A DNA stretch of 32,000 nucleotides. It comes from Ruminococcus albus 7 = DSM 20455 (GTDB taxonomy: Bacteria; Bacillota; Clostridia; Oscillospirales; Ruminococcaceae). The notes under the pieces were generated by a model. The model did not search any database. It was not told the origin of the DNA and saw nothing but the letters and a program-made list of their open reading frames with translations. The position numbers and the translations under genes are program-made. This document shows positions 1 through 7,810 of the stretch, piece by piece. The stretch covers positions 2,910,001-2,942,000 of the forward strand of contig NC_014833.1 in assembly GCF_000179635.2 (NCBI RefSeq), written 5' to 3'. The first letter of the stretch is position 1; each line of letters opens with the position of its first letter.

Positions 1-1333
1 TTTCTCGGAGGATACCTACCGTACCCTTATGGCGGCGGATTCCGCTGTAATGGTGATAGATGCTTCAAAGGGTGTTGAGAACCAGACCAGAAAGCTTTTC
101 AAGGTCTGCGTTATGAGACATATCCCGATATTCACATTCATAAACAAAATGGACAGAGAGGCACGCAGCCCCTTTGACCTTATCGAACAGATAGAGAACG
201 AGCTTGGTATACAGACCTATCCCGTAAACTGGCCTATCGGCTGCGGCAAGGAGTTCAAGGGTGTATACGACAGAGATAAGCGTCATATCATATCATTCTC
301 CAGTGATTCGGAAATGGCTTTCGGCAAGAAAAAGGTAGCTATGGAGGAAGTCGAGCTTTCCGATCCCGCACTGGATGATATGCTGGGAGAGCATCTGCAT
401 CAGAACCTTTCAGACGATATCGAGCTTCTGGACGGCGCAAGCTACGAGTTCGATATAAATAAAGTACGAAACGGTGAGCTTTCACCCGTATTCTTCGGTT
501 CTGCACTGACAAACTTCGGCGTTGAGCCTTTCCTTGAAAGATTTCTGGAGATGACCACTTCTCCCACCGCAAGAATGAGCAGCGAAGGTCTTGTAGACCC
601 CTTTGACCCCGAATTCTCAGCTTTCGTATTCAAGATACAGGCTAACATGAACAAGGCTCACCGCGACAGGATCACTTTCCTGCGCGTATGCTCGGGCAAA
701 TTCGATAAGGAAATGGACGTTCTCCACGTTCAGGGCAACAAGAAGATGCGCCTTTCTCAGCCACAGCAGATAATGGCACAGGAGCGAGAGATAATCGATG
801 AGGCTTACGCAGGCGATATCATCGGCGTATTCGACCCCGGCATATTCTCCATAGGCGATACCATATGTTCACCGAAGAGAAAGTTCGAGTTTGAGCCGAT
901 ACCTACATTCGCCCCCGAACACTTCATGCGCGTAAGACAGAAGGACACCCTGAAGCGTAAACAGTTCGTAAAAGGCGCTACCCAGATAGCTCAGGAGGGT
1001 GCGATACAGATTTTCCAGGAACCCGAAACAGGTATGGAAGAAGTGATCATCGGCGTTGTGGGCGTGCTCCAGCTTGAAGTTTTCGAGTACCGTATGAAGA
1101 ACGAGTACAATGTTGAACTTTTCAAGGAGAGCCTTTCATACAGCCATATCAGGTGGATAGACAACAAGGATATCGACGTTAAGAAGCTGAAGCTTTCCAG
1201 CGATACCAAGCTGGTGCAGGATTTCCGCGGAAATTATCTGCTGCTGTTCACAAGTGAATGGAATATCCGCTGGGCACTTGAAAAGAATGAGGGTCTTGAA
1301 CTCAGCGAGTTCAACCGCGGTGCACTGCAGTAA
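1..1333 (+). CDS. prfC: Peptide chain release factor 3 (GTPase), 5'-truncated by the window edge
   Basis: The open frame runs from position 2 (FSEDTYRTL...). It continues into MAADSAVMVIDASKGVENQTRKLF...INKMDRE, which is typical of the RF3 translational GTPase G-domain. The stop codon is at 1331-1333. Confidence 0.9.
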   Translation, partial: FSEDTYRTLMAADSAVMVIDASKGVENQTRKLFKVCVMRHIPIFTFINKMDREARSPFDLIEQIENELGIQTYPVNWPIGCGKEFKGVYDRDKRHIISFSSDSEMAFGKKKVAMEEVELSDPALDDMLGEHLHQNLSDDIELLDGASYEFDINKVRNGELSPVFFGSALTNFGVEPFLERFLEMTTSPTARMSSEGLVDPFDPEFSAFVFKIQANMNKAHRDRITFLRVCSGKFDKEMDVLHVQGNKKMRLSQPQQIMAQEREIIDEAYAGDIIGVFDPGIFSIGDTICSPKRKFEFEPIPTFAPEHFMRVRQKDTLKRKQFVKGATQIAQEGAIQIFQEPETGMEEVIIGVVGVLQLEVFEYRMKNEYNVELFKESLSYSHIRWIDNKDIDVKKLKLSSDTKLVQDFRGNYLLLFTSEWNIRWALEKNEGLELSEFNRGALQ

Positions 1334-1352
1334 TAAATATGTACATCAATAC

Positions 1353-1503
1353 CCGTGGTACTAAGGCGGGTACTCATACAGAACGTTTGTTATCATTATT
1401 TTCAGCTATGCTGATACTCAGGGAAAACTCTTTTTTTCAAAAGAATTTTCCCTCAATAATGATAATAAATTTTCTTTATGGATACCGCCATTAAGTATCA
1501 CGG
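1353..1503. repeat. Long imperfect palindromic intergenic element, copy E1 (nested inverted repeats, ~150 bp)
   Basis: The outer arm ccgtggtactaaggcgggtac (1353-) pairs with ggataccgccattaagtatcacgg (-1503). Inner arms are gttatcattatt/aataatgataa and gggaaaactc/gaattttccc. The 36-nt core at 1365-1400 recurs at 10803-10838 with 4 mismatches. Confidence 0.6.
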
Positions 1504-1555
1504 ATATTTTTATGCTGTTATGTCTTTTTTTCTTAGGTAAAAGCGCTGTATTATA

Positions 1556-1681
1556 CCTAGTATTTTGATAGGATATCTAGTCAGAAATTACAAAGATAAA
1601 TAATTTTCTAAAAACCTATTGACATGATAGGAAAAATATGATATTATTAGTCCATCGAAAGAAACCTAGTAAACAAGTAGG
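1556..1681. promoter_or_regulatory. Three CCTA-N9-TAGG palindromic boxes (candidate LysR-type T-N11-A operators) in the metY control region
   Basis: The boxes are CCTAGTATTTTGATAGG (1556-1572), CCTATTGACATGATAGG (1615-1631, overlapping the -35) and CCTAGTAAACAAGTAGG (1665-1681). Flanking bases are also similar (a.aCCTA...TAGGa.a). Confidence 0.55.
1619..1647 (+). promoter_or_regulatory. Sigma-A type promoter for metY
   Basis: TTGACA (1619-1624), a 17-bp spacer, then TATTAT (1642-1647) preceded by TGa (extended -10). Confidence 0.6.
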
Positions 1682-1710
1682 ATAAAGATGATAAGAAAGC
1701 AGGTGATGAT

Positions 1711-1776
1711 ATGAAACATATCAGCCGAAGCGTAAAAGTATCATCACATCTGCGAATGTGTTGTACGATGCTTTAA
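1711..1776 (+). CDS. Candidate 21-codon leader peptide MKHISRSVKVSSHLRMCCTML (speculative)
   Basis: ATG at 1711 is preceded by AGGTGA at 1701-1706. The C-terminal part contains 2 Met and 2 Cys codons within 5 codons (RMCCTM). It sits in the ~185-nt 5' leader of a sulfur amino acid biosynthesis gene. Confidence 0.3.
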   Translation: MKHISRSVKVSSHLRMCCTML

Positions 1777-1832
1777 AAACGCTTGATCGATACTATTTAA
1801 ATTTTAAATTATAAGAAAAGAGGATAATAACT

Positions 1833-3131
1833 ATGAGCAATATAAATGAAAGAAAACTGAGATTCGAGACCAGACAGCTTCACGTAGGACAGGAGAACCC
1901 CGACCCCGCTACCGATGCAAGAGCAGTACCGATATACCTGACATCCAGCTATGTGTTCCACAACTCCGAGCACGCTGCTGACAGATTCGGTCTGAGAGAT
2001 GCAGGCAATATCTACGGCAGACTTACAAACCCCACACAGGGCGTTTTCGAGGAAAGAGTTGCTTCACTGGAGGGCGGCGTTGCTGCTCTGGCAGTATCCT
2101 CTGGTGCAGCTGCTATAACATACGCTATACAGGGTGCAGCTCACGCAGGTGACCACATCGTAGCTGCTAAGAACATCTACGGCGGTACTTACAACCTGCT
2201 GAAGCACACACTTCCCGCTTACGGCATCGAAAGCACATTCGTTGATCCTTTCGATTATGATGCTATCGAAGCTGCTATTCAGGATAACACCAAGGCTATC
2301 GAGATCGAAACTCTCGGCAACCCCAATTCCGAGGTAGTTGATATCGAGCGCATCGCTAAGATCGCACACGCACACAATATACCACTGATAGTTGATAATA
2401 CATTCGCTACACCTTATCTGGTAAGACCAATCGAACACGGTGCTGATATCGTTGTACATTCAGCTACCAAGTTCATAGGCGGTCACGGCACAACTATAGG
2501 CGGTATCATCGTTGACAGCGGAAACTTCGACTGGGAGGGTGCAGGCAAGCACCCCTGGCTGTATGAACCAAACGTAAGCTACCACGGTGTAAGCTTCACA
2601 AAGGCAGTTGGCGCAGCAGCTTATGTTACCTATATAAGAGCTATCCTGCTGAGAGATACAGGCTCTACCCTCTCTCCCGTACACGCATTTGTATTCCTGC
2701 AGGGTCTTGAAACACTCTCACTGAGAGTTGAGCGTCATGTTGAGAACGCACTGAAGGTAGTGCAGTTCCTGAAATCTCAGCCCCAGGTAGAAAAGGTAAA
2801 TCACCCCTCTGTTTCTGAGGATCCCAAGCAGCAGGAGCTTTACAAGAAGTATTTCCCCAACGGCGGCGGTTCCATATTCACATTCGAGATAAAGGGCGGC
2901 GCAGCAGAGGCTCAGAAGTTCATCGACAATCTGCAGCTGTTCAGCCTGCTTGCTAACGTTGCTGACGTTAAGTCACTGGCTATACATCCTGCATCTACAA
3001 CACATTCCGAGTGCAACGAAGAAGAACTGCTGGAGCAGGGCATCCGTCCCAATACTATCAGACTTTCCATCGGTACCGAACATATCGACGATATCATAGA
3101 AGACCTCTCCGAAGCATTTAAAGCGCTGTAA
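1833..3131 (+). CDS. metY: O-acetylhomoserine sulfhydrylase / aminocarboxypropyltransferase (PLP-dependent, Cys/Met metabolism family)
   Basis: 432 aa. The sequence LHVGQ...DPATDARAVPIY.TSSY.F...GNIYGRLTNPT...SATKFIGGHG is typical of the MetY/CysD family and includes the PLP-lysine motif SATKF. RBS aagaggat lies upstream. Confidence 0.9.
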   Translation: MSNINERKLRFETRQLHVGQENPDPATDARAVPIYLTSSYVFHNSEHAADRFGLRDAGNIYGRLTNPTQGVFEERVASLEGGVAALAVSSGAAAITYAIQGAAHAGDHIVAAKNIYGGTYNLLKHTLPAYGIESTFVDPFDYDAIEAAIQDNTKAIEIETLGNPNSEVVDIERIAKIAHAHNIPLIVDNTFATPYLVRPIEHGADIVVHSATKFIGGHGTTIGGIIVDSGNFDWEGAGKHPWLYEPNVSYHGVSFTKAVGAAAYVTYIRAILLRDTGSTLSPVHAFVFLQGLETLSLRVERHVENALKVVQFLKSQPQVEKVNHPSVSEDPKQQELYKKYFPNGGGSIFTFEIKGGAAEAQKFIDNLQLFSLLANVADVKSLAIHPASTTHSECNEEELLEQGIRPNTIRLSIGTEHIDDIIEDLSEAFKAL

Positions 3132-3212
3132 GGCTTGGTGCGAAGCTTTTCAGAACAGATAGCATAACAAAGTATTTTATAGGTCATTGACGATCATACC
3201 TTCTTAATAAAA

Positions 3213-3244
3213 AACGCCGCGGCAAGCCATAGTACCGCGGCGTT
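3213..3244. terminator. GC-rich hairpin between convergent genes (likely metY terminator, possibly bidirectional)
   Basis: aacgccgcgg pairs with ccgcggcgtt around a 12-nt loop. An A-run lies on the left and T-rich sequence on the right. Confidence 0.6.
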
Positions 3245-3284
3245 ATTTGATATATACAGTACCGTTTTATTATCACGAAACGTT

Positions 3285-3325
3285 AAACAAAAACGCGGCA
3301 GACCCTTTATAGGATCATGCCGCGT
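3285..3325 (-). terminator. Intrinsic terminator of the 3339-4097 gene
   Basis: On the minus strand, acgcggca...tgccgcgt is followed by tttttgttt. Confidence 0.6.
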
Positions 3326-3338
3326 ATATTATTTAAGT

Positions 3339-4097
3339 TTACTTTGCAGATTTCTTATCAACGAACTCGCCTGTAGAAACATCGAATGCCTCACGGGACT
3401 TGCTGCTGATTATGAACCATATAACACCTACAGCAACTGCAACACCGGCAACTATACCTATGATAATGCCGACGATATTCTTCTTCTTGGCTTCCTTCTC
3501 TTTCTCCTGTGCTGCCTTTTCCTGCTCAGCGATAGAAGGATCTACCCAGTGATTGCCTTCGTCCTTGCAGTTAGTGATAGTAACGGAATTTACCTTGATC
3601 TTAGCATCATTGGTAGAACCGAAAAGCAAAGCATCGACCTTCTCAAAATTGTCAGAGCCGTATGCAGTTACGATATCAGCATAGTTGAAGGATTCGGTAT
3701 TATTCTCGGTATCGACCTCAGCAGGAGCTACCTTTCCCCATACACCGCCTGTGGCATTTACCATTGGGGTATCGGGATTAGACCAGCTCTGGATGATAAG
3801 CTCTACGGGGTAGCCTGTAGGGGTTTCGGTCTCATAAGTTTCAAGGATATCATACTTTACTGTAACAACAGACTGATCTGTGATCCTTGTTGCATCAAAG
3901 CTCTTGAGATCATCTGGATCCTCAGCGTTGTAATTGAACTGTACGCTCTGTGTCCAGTTATCCGATTCGACCGCATTTGAGCAATCGAGCTGAACATCAC
4001 CGTCTGCAAAGGCGATGACAGACTGACCTGCCATAACAAATGCTGCCATTAATGCAGTTGTGATCCTGCTGAAAAGTTTGTTTCTCATTTCATGCAC
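3339..4097 (-). CDS. Hypothetical secreted protein with a C-terminal transmembrane anchor (beta-sandwich-like ectodomain, Lys/Glu-rich stalk)
   Basis: 252 aa. It has an N-terminal signal-like segment (ITTALMAAFVMAGQSVIAFA), a charged EQEKAAQEKEKEAKKK stalk and the TM segment IVGIIIGIVAGVAVAVGVIWFII. I recognised no family. Confidence 0.75.
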   Translation of the reverse strand: MHEMRNKLFSRITTALMAAFVMAGQSVIAFADGDVQLDCSNAVESDNWTQSVQFNYNAEDPDDLKSFDATRITDQSVVTVKYDILETYETETPTGYPVELIIQSWSNPDTPMVNATGGVWGKVAPAEVDTENNTESFNYADIVTAYGSDNFEKVDALLFGSTNDAKIKVNSVTITNCKDEGNHWVDPSIAEQEKAAQEKEKEAKKKNIVGIIIGIVAGVAVAVGVIWFIISSKSREAFDVSTGEFVDKKSAK

Positions 4098-4247
4098 CCT
4101 TTCATATCATTATCTATTTCCGAACTAACATATTCCCTAATACCATTTTAATACAAGGTTATTTTAGCATATTTCAGCTACTAAGTAAATAGGCAGACTG
4201 TAAATTTAAGTAAAAATTCACAGTTACACTGCTCTAAAATCGTCAGG

Positions 4248-4276
4248 TTGACAAAGTCTGTAAATTAGTATATAAT
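4248..4276 (+). promoter_or_regulatory. Consensus sigma-A promoter (drives the 4574-5874 unit through a ~290-nt leader)
   Basis: TTGACA (4248-4253), a 17-bp spacer, then TATAAT (4271-4276). Confidence 0.55.
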
Positions 4277-4390
4277 TAAAGAACATCTTAAACGTTTCAT
4301 TTCACATTTCTCACAAAGTCGAAGTCAGATCATTGTGTTTAAAGCACAAAATAAATTCACATTTTTTATTGCATATCAATAAATTAATAG

Positions 4391-4548
4391 CTATACCTCC
4401 GGCATACCATATTGATCGGTGTTATATTGGAATTTGAAATACCCGACGGTCATTATTCCCACTGCCTGAGGCAGGTGAAGGATAATATCAGCACGATATT
4501 TCATTGTTATATAGCACTTCGTGGTGTTGTACTAAAGGGATAGCCATG
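4391..4548. mobile_element. MITE-like element, degenerate copy, related to the 31144-31294 element; its end resembles the IS1595-family IS terminus
   Basis: The segment 4405-4548 aligns base by eye with 31150-31294. Shared parts are the hairpin, then cacgat.(a/t)ttcattgttatatagcactt.gt..tg.tgt.ctaaagggata(g/a)ccatg. The last ~25 nt resemble the IS inverted repeat tgtggtgtgttaaagggataaccat. Confidence 0.45.
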
Positions 4549-4573
4549 ATGATAAATGAAAAGGAGGAAAAAT

Positions 4574-5440
4574 ATGAGAACATTTTTTAGCCGCAGAATA
4601 GCATTATTGAAAGTTATCGCGGTCATAGTGGGCATACTTATGATAGTATTCTCCATGGGCGATGCAGTAAAGATCTGGAAAAAAGACTTCGGGAAGATAT
4701 ACGAGATGGGCAGAACGGATTACTCTGAGGATGAACTTATCACAGGCAAGATAGAATACGTATTCGGTACGGTGGCAACCCTTGAAAGCACACAGACAGT
4801 CTACGGGATACCGGTAAAAAAGCAGTTAACGCCTTACTATCTATGCTTTGTAACTCCCGATAAAGGTGATGAATATTTCGTTATAGTCCACGCCACTGAC
4901 AAGGATACCATAAAGACAATGGACAGTCTTACTATACACACTAATTTCGTTTTCGATCATCCCGATCAGAAGGTCACAAGCAATACCGACCCTGTGTACC
5001 TGGAGGTCAAGGCAAGACCTGTTCCCGAGGAAGTTATGAGCTACACCATGGAATACATGAAGACCCTTGAACTCTCCGAAAATGATATCAAGAAGATGTT
5101 TGCAGACTATATGCTGGAAGAACAGGATTTCTCCACAGCAAAGTTCCTGCCGCTGATCGGACTTGTGATCGCTCTTATACCCATATTAATGTTCATAGTT
5201 TCAAAGAAGCGTGCAAAATCTTTCAAGAACAGCCGCACCCATTATGTTAATCAGGGACCTGACGAATATTACAACACACCGCCCTCAAATACAGGCGGCG
5301 AGCCTATGAGGCGTTACAGTGCACAGGCTTATGAAGCACATACCTATCCCGGCGGATACAACAGCGGCGACAACGCATCTCAGGGACAGGAAACAAATGC
5401 CGAAATGGATTCCATCGACACTTCAAATCTTAAACTCTGA
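4574..5440 (+). CDS. Hypothetical membrane protein (N-terminal TM, second TM near residue 200, Gly/Asn/Tyr-rich C-terminal tail)
   Basis: The ORF track starts at 4556. ATG at 4574 is preferred because AAGGAGG (4561-4567) lies 6 nt upstream. Its stop is followed within 11 nt by ruvX, so the two are probably cotranscribed. Confidence 0.8.
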   Translation: MRTFFSRRIALLKVIAVIVGILMIVFSMGDAVKIWKKDFGKIYEMGRTDYSEDELITGKIEYVFGTVATLESTQTVYGIPVKKQLTPYYLCFVTPDKGDEYFVIVHATDKDTIKTMDSLTIHTNFVFDHPDQKVTSNTDPVYLEVKARPVPEEVMSYTMEYMKTLELSENDIKKMFADYMLEEQDFSTAKFLPLIGLVIALIPILMFIVSKKRAKSFKNSRTHYVNQGPDEYYNTPPSNTGGEPMRRYSAQAYEAHTYPGGYNSGDNASQGQETNAEMDSIDTSNLKL

Positions 5441-5451
5441 GGAGGATAATA

Positions 5452-5874
5452 ATGCGTATACTTGCAGTTGATTACGGTGATGCACGTACCGGCATAGCTG
5501 TATCGGATAATTCCGAGATGCTTGCTTCACCCGTATGCACCATAACCGAGTACCATGCTGACAGGCTGGCACAGAAAATAGCAGATATAGCCAAGGAACA
5601 GGGCGCAGGCGAGATAATCGTGGGGCTGCCCATAAATATGAACGGAACAAAGGGCGTTCGCGCTGAAAAGTGCGAAGAGTTCGCAGATATGCTCCGCGCA
5701 CTTGTTAGCGTTGAGGTCAGGATGTGGGATGAACGCTCGACTACCGTTACCGCACACAGATTTCTGAACGAAACGAATGTCCGCGGTAAAAAGCGCAAGG
5801 CTGTGGTAGATACGGTAGCTGCTACTATCATACTGGAAAGCTACCTGGCTTTTCGATCAAAGCACAAAGGATAA
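5452..5874 (+). CDS. ruvX: Putative pre-16S rRNA nuclease / Holliday junction resolvase-like protein YqgF
   Basis: 140 aa. MRILAVDYGDARTGIAVSD...GLPINMNGT...ERSTT is typical of the RuvX/YqgF family. RBS ggagga lies upstream. Confidence 0.9.
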   Translation: MRILAVDYGDARTGIAVSDNSEMLASPVCTITEYHADRLAQKIADIAKEQGAGEIIVGLPINMNGTKGVRAEKCEEFADMLRALVSVEVRMWDERSTTVTAHRFLNETNVRGKKRKAVVDTVAATIILESYLAFRSKHKG

Positions 5875-5890
5875 GCTGCGGAGGGCCGTG

Positions 5891-5926
5891 TCTGTGTGGC
5901 ACGGCCTTTCATTTTTGAACTTTTTG
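5891..5926 (+). terminator. Intrinsic terminator after ruvX
   Basis: ggccgtg (5894-5900) pairs with cacggcc (5910-5916) and is followed by tttcattttt. Confidence 0.6.
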
Positions 5927-5945
5927 TGAAAACTATTTACAAATT

Positions 5946-5974
5946 GTGTAAAGCATGATATAATGATATTTGTA
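5946..5974 (+). promoter_or_regulatory. Sigma-A promoter upstream of prmA (~200-nt leader)
   Basis: TTTACA (5946-5951), a 17-bp spacer, then TATAAT (5969-5974) with TGa (extended -10). Confidence 0.55.
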
Positions 5975-6174
5975 AATATTGATTTTTGATAATTTTTATA
6001 ATAGCTATCCCACTGACGCACCCTGCTGATAAGCCTTTTGATGCGCTGAAACAATATTCGGTCTCCGTCTGCGGTGGGCGAAGGATACACATAATAAATG
6101 TACCCTCGTTATACCGGAGTATAAAGCGGTGTGGATAAGGGATAACAATAATATGTAAAAAGGGGAAGGATCAA

Positions 6175-7143
6175 ATGGATTGGGTCGAAGTTGACATATT
6201 TACAACATCTGAAGGTATTGAACCAGTTACAGGATGTCTGCTGGGACTTGGCATAAATGGTTTTGTTATAAAAGACGCAAAGGATTTCGAGGAATTTCTC
6301 AGCGACAAGAGTGTAAACTGGGATTATATCGATGACGATCTTATGGGTCTTAAAAACTGTGAAACTACAGTAACAGCTTATCTCCCGAAAAATGCACAGG
6401 GTCTTGACTACCTGGAAGCTGTCAAGGCGGAGCTCAGAGCACTTAAAGACCGTGACAGCGAAAGCAGTTTCGGAAGACTTGAATACGAGCTCAAAAACGT
6501 CCGTGAAGAGGATTGGGCAAATAACTGGAAGCAGTACTTCAAGCCGCTGGAGATAGGTGACAAACTTCTGATAAAGCCAAGCTGGGAACCTGTTCCCGAG
6601 GGCGAGAACAGAAAGATACTTGAGATAGACCCTGCATCGAGCTTTGGTACAGGTCAGCACAACACCACACAGCTTTGCCTTGAACTGGTCGAGAAGTATC
6701 TCGGGGATGGCGACAGAGTACTAGACCTCGGCTGCGGCAGCGGTATACTTTCAATAGGTGCTGTTCTTCTGGGAGCGAAAGAATGTACAGCTATCGATAT
6801 CGACGCAAACTCTGTGAAGATAGCAGGCGAGAATGCTGAGAAGAACAAGATCCCTGCCGAAAAGTACCATGCTATATGCGGAAATGTTATCGATGATCCC
6901 GCACTGGTGGCTGAGATCGGTACAGGCTTTGATATGGTATGCGCAAACATCGTGGCTGATGTGCTTATAGGTATGAGCGGTCTGTTCAAAGGATTCCTCA
7001 AAAAGGGCGGCAGACTGATAGTATCCGGTATAATAGATATGCGCAAGGATGAAGTACTTGATGTTATAAAAGCGCAGGGCTTCGTACTTGATGAGATAAG
7101 AGAAAAAGAGGATTGGGTAGCAGCTTCTTTCAAAGCTCCCTAA
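6175..7143 (+). CDS. prmA: Ribosomal protein L11 methyltransferase
   Basis: 322 aa. WANNWKQYFKP..., IDPASSFGTGQHNTTQLCLE and the SAM motif VLDLGCGSGILSI are classic PrmA features. Confidence 0.9.
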   Translation: MDWVEVDIFTTSEGIEPVTGCLLGLGINGFVIKDAKDFEEFLSDKSVNWDYIDDDLMGLKNCETTVTAYLPKNAQGLDYLEAVKAELRALKDRDSESSFGRLEYELKNVREEDWANNWKQYFKPLEIGDKLLIKPSWEPVPEGENRKILEIDPASSFGTGQHNTTQLCLELVEKYLGDGDRVLDLGCGSGILSIGAVLLGAKECTAIDIDANSVKIAGENAEKNKIPAEKYHAICGNVIDDPALVAEIGTGFDMVCANIVADVLIGMSGLFKGFLKKGGRLIVSGIIDMRKDEVLDVIKAQGFVLDEIREKEDWVAASFKAP

Positions 7144-7178
7144 ACCCGTAAAACAGCAGAACGAAAGGAAGTGCTAAA

Positions 7179-7517
7179 ATGCAGCTGTTATTTTTAGTGA
7201 TCAAAAGAGTGGAACTGGTAGACATGGTAATGCACGCTCTTGCTTCGGCAGGAATAAAGGGAGGTACCTGTATTGACAGCGTTGGCATGGCAAAATCCAT
7301 ATCTGATATGGACAATCTCCCTATGATAGGTGTTCTCAGAGCGTTGCTAAGCGGTGAAGACCCGAACCAGAAGGGCAAGACTATATTTGTAGCTGTTCAT
7401 GAAGATCAGGTTGAGATCGCTAAAGAAGCTATCCACAGCGTTACAGGTGATCTTTCAAAGCCTAACGCAGGTGTGCTTTTCGGCGTTCCCATATCATTCG
7501 CAGAAGGCATAAACTGA
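7179..7517 (+). CDS. Small hypothetical protein (P-II-like / ACT-like fold suspected)
   Basis: 112 aa. RBS aaaggaag lies 8 nt upstream, and the gene sits 35 nt after prmA. The product assignment is weak. Confidence 0.65.
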   Translation: MQLLFLVIKRVELVDMVMHALASAGIKGGTCIDSVGMAKSISDMDNLPMIGVLRALLSGEDPNQKGKTIFVAVHEDQVEIAKEAIHSVTGDLSKPNAGVLFGVPISFAEGIN

Positions 7518-7542
7518 CAATTATTTATAATATTACAAAAAA

Positions 7543-7586
7543 ATGCCGGCCGCACAGGGATATTAGTGCTGTCGGCATATTATTTT
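7543..7586 (+). terminator. Probable terminator after the 7179-7517 ORF
   Basis: atgccg (7543-7548) pairs with cggcat (7573-7578), with an inner acag/ctgt pairing, then atattatttt. Confidence 0.45.
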
Positions 7587-7592
7587 ACAGTA

Positions 7593-7621
7593 TTGCATTC
7601 TCTGTAAAAATGTGCTATAAT
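7593..7621 (+). promoter_or_regulatory. Sigma-A promoter of the CDF transporter gene
   Basis: TTGCAT (7593-7598), a 17-bp spacer, then TATAAT (7616-7621) with TGc (extended -10). Confidence 0.55.
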
Positions 7622-7694
7622 TCACATAAACGATACATACTATCAAAGGTCAAAACAGTTCTCAGATAAACACCTGATGAATAAGATATACAAA

Positions 7695-7790
7695 CAGACG
7701 GCAGTACATAACAGTGCTGTGAAGTTCATCTGCGGAAACAGGATATACAGCAAACCTTCAAGCTGTGGCCGATCGGCATTACGTGGGTGA
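7695..7790 (+). ncRNA. Candidate czcD-motif (NiCo) metal riboswitch in the 183-nt leader of the CDF gene (tentative)
   Basis: The genetic context is a leader in front of a cation diffusion facilitator in a Firmicute. It holds several ACAG/GGAAACAGG-type elements and nested helices (tgaag/cttca, acag/ctgt). I could not align it to the consensus from memory. Confidence 0.3.
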
Positions 7791-7810
7791 TTTTTTCAGG
7801 AGATGATATT

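Noticed and set aside
1560-1832. An S-box (SAM-I) riboswitch or a Met T-box upstream of metY.
   Set aside because: I looked for the conserved S-box core (GAGGGA...GCCC...GCAACC) and the T-box sequence (GGTGGTACCGCG-like). Neither is present, and there is no terminator with a U-run before the start codon.
4556-4573. N-terminal extensions given by the ORF track: 4556 for the membrane protein, 7787 (GTG) for the CDF, 24399 for the GH48 and 27744 (GTG) for queT.
   Set aside because: In each case an internal ATG is preceded by a much better Shine-Dalgarno sequence at 6-9 nt spacing. The extension adds residues in front of the signal peptide or first TM segment.
6109-7378. Minus-strand ORFs of 183, 159, 82 and 71 aa overlapping prmA and its neighbours.
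   Set aside because: They overlap well-supported plus-strand genes (prmA motifs are unambiguous). They lack RBSs and have Ser/Cys-rich shadow-frame composition.
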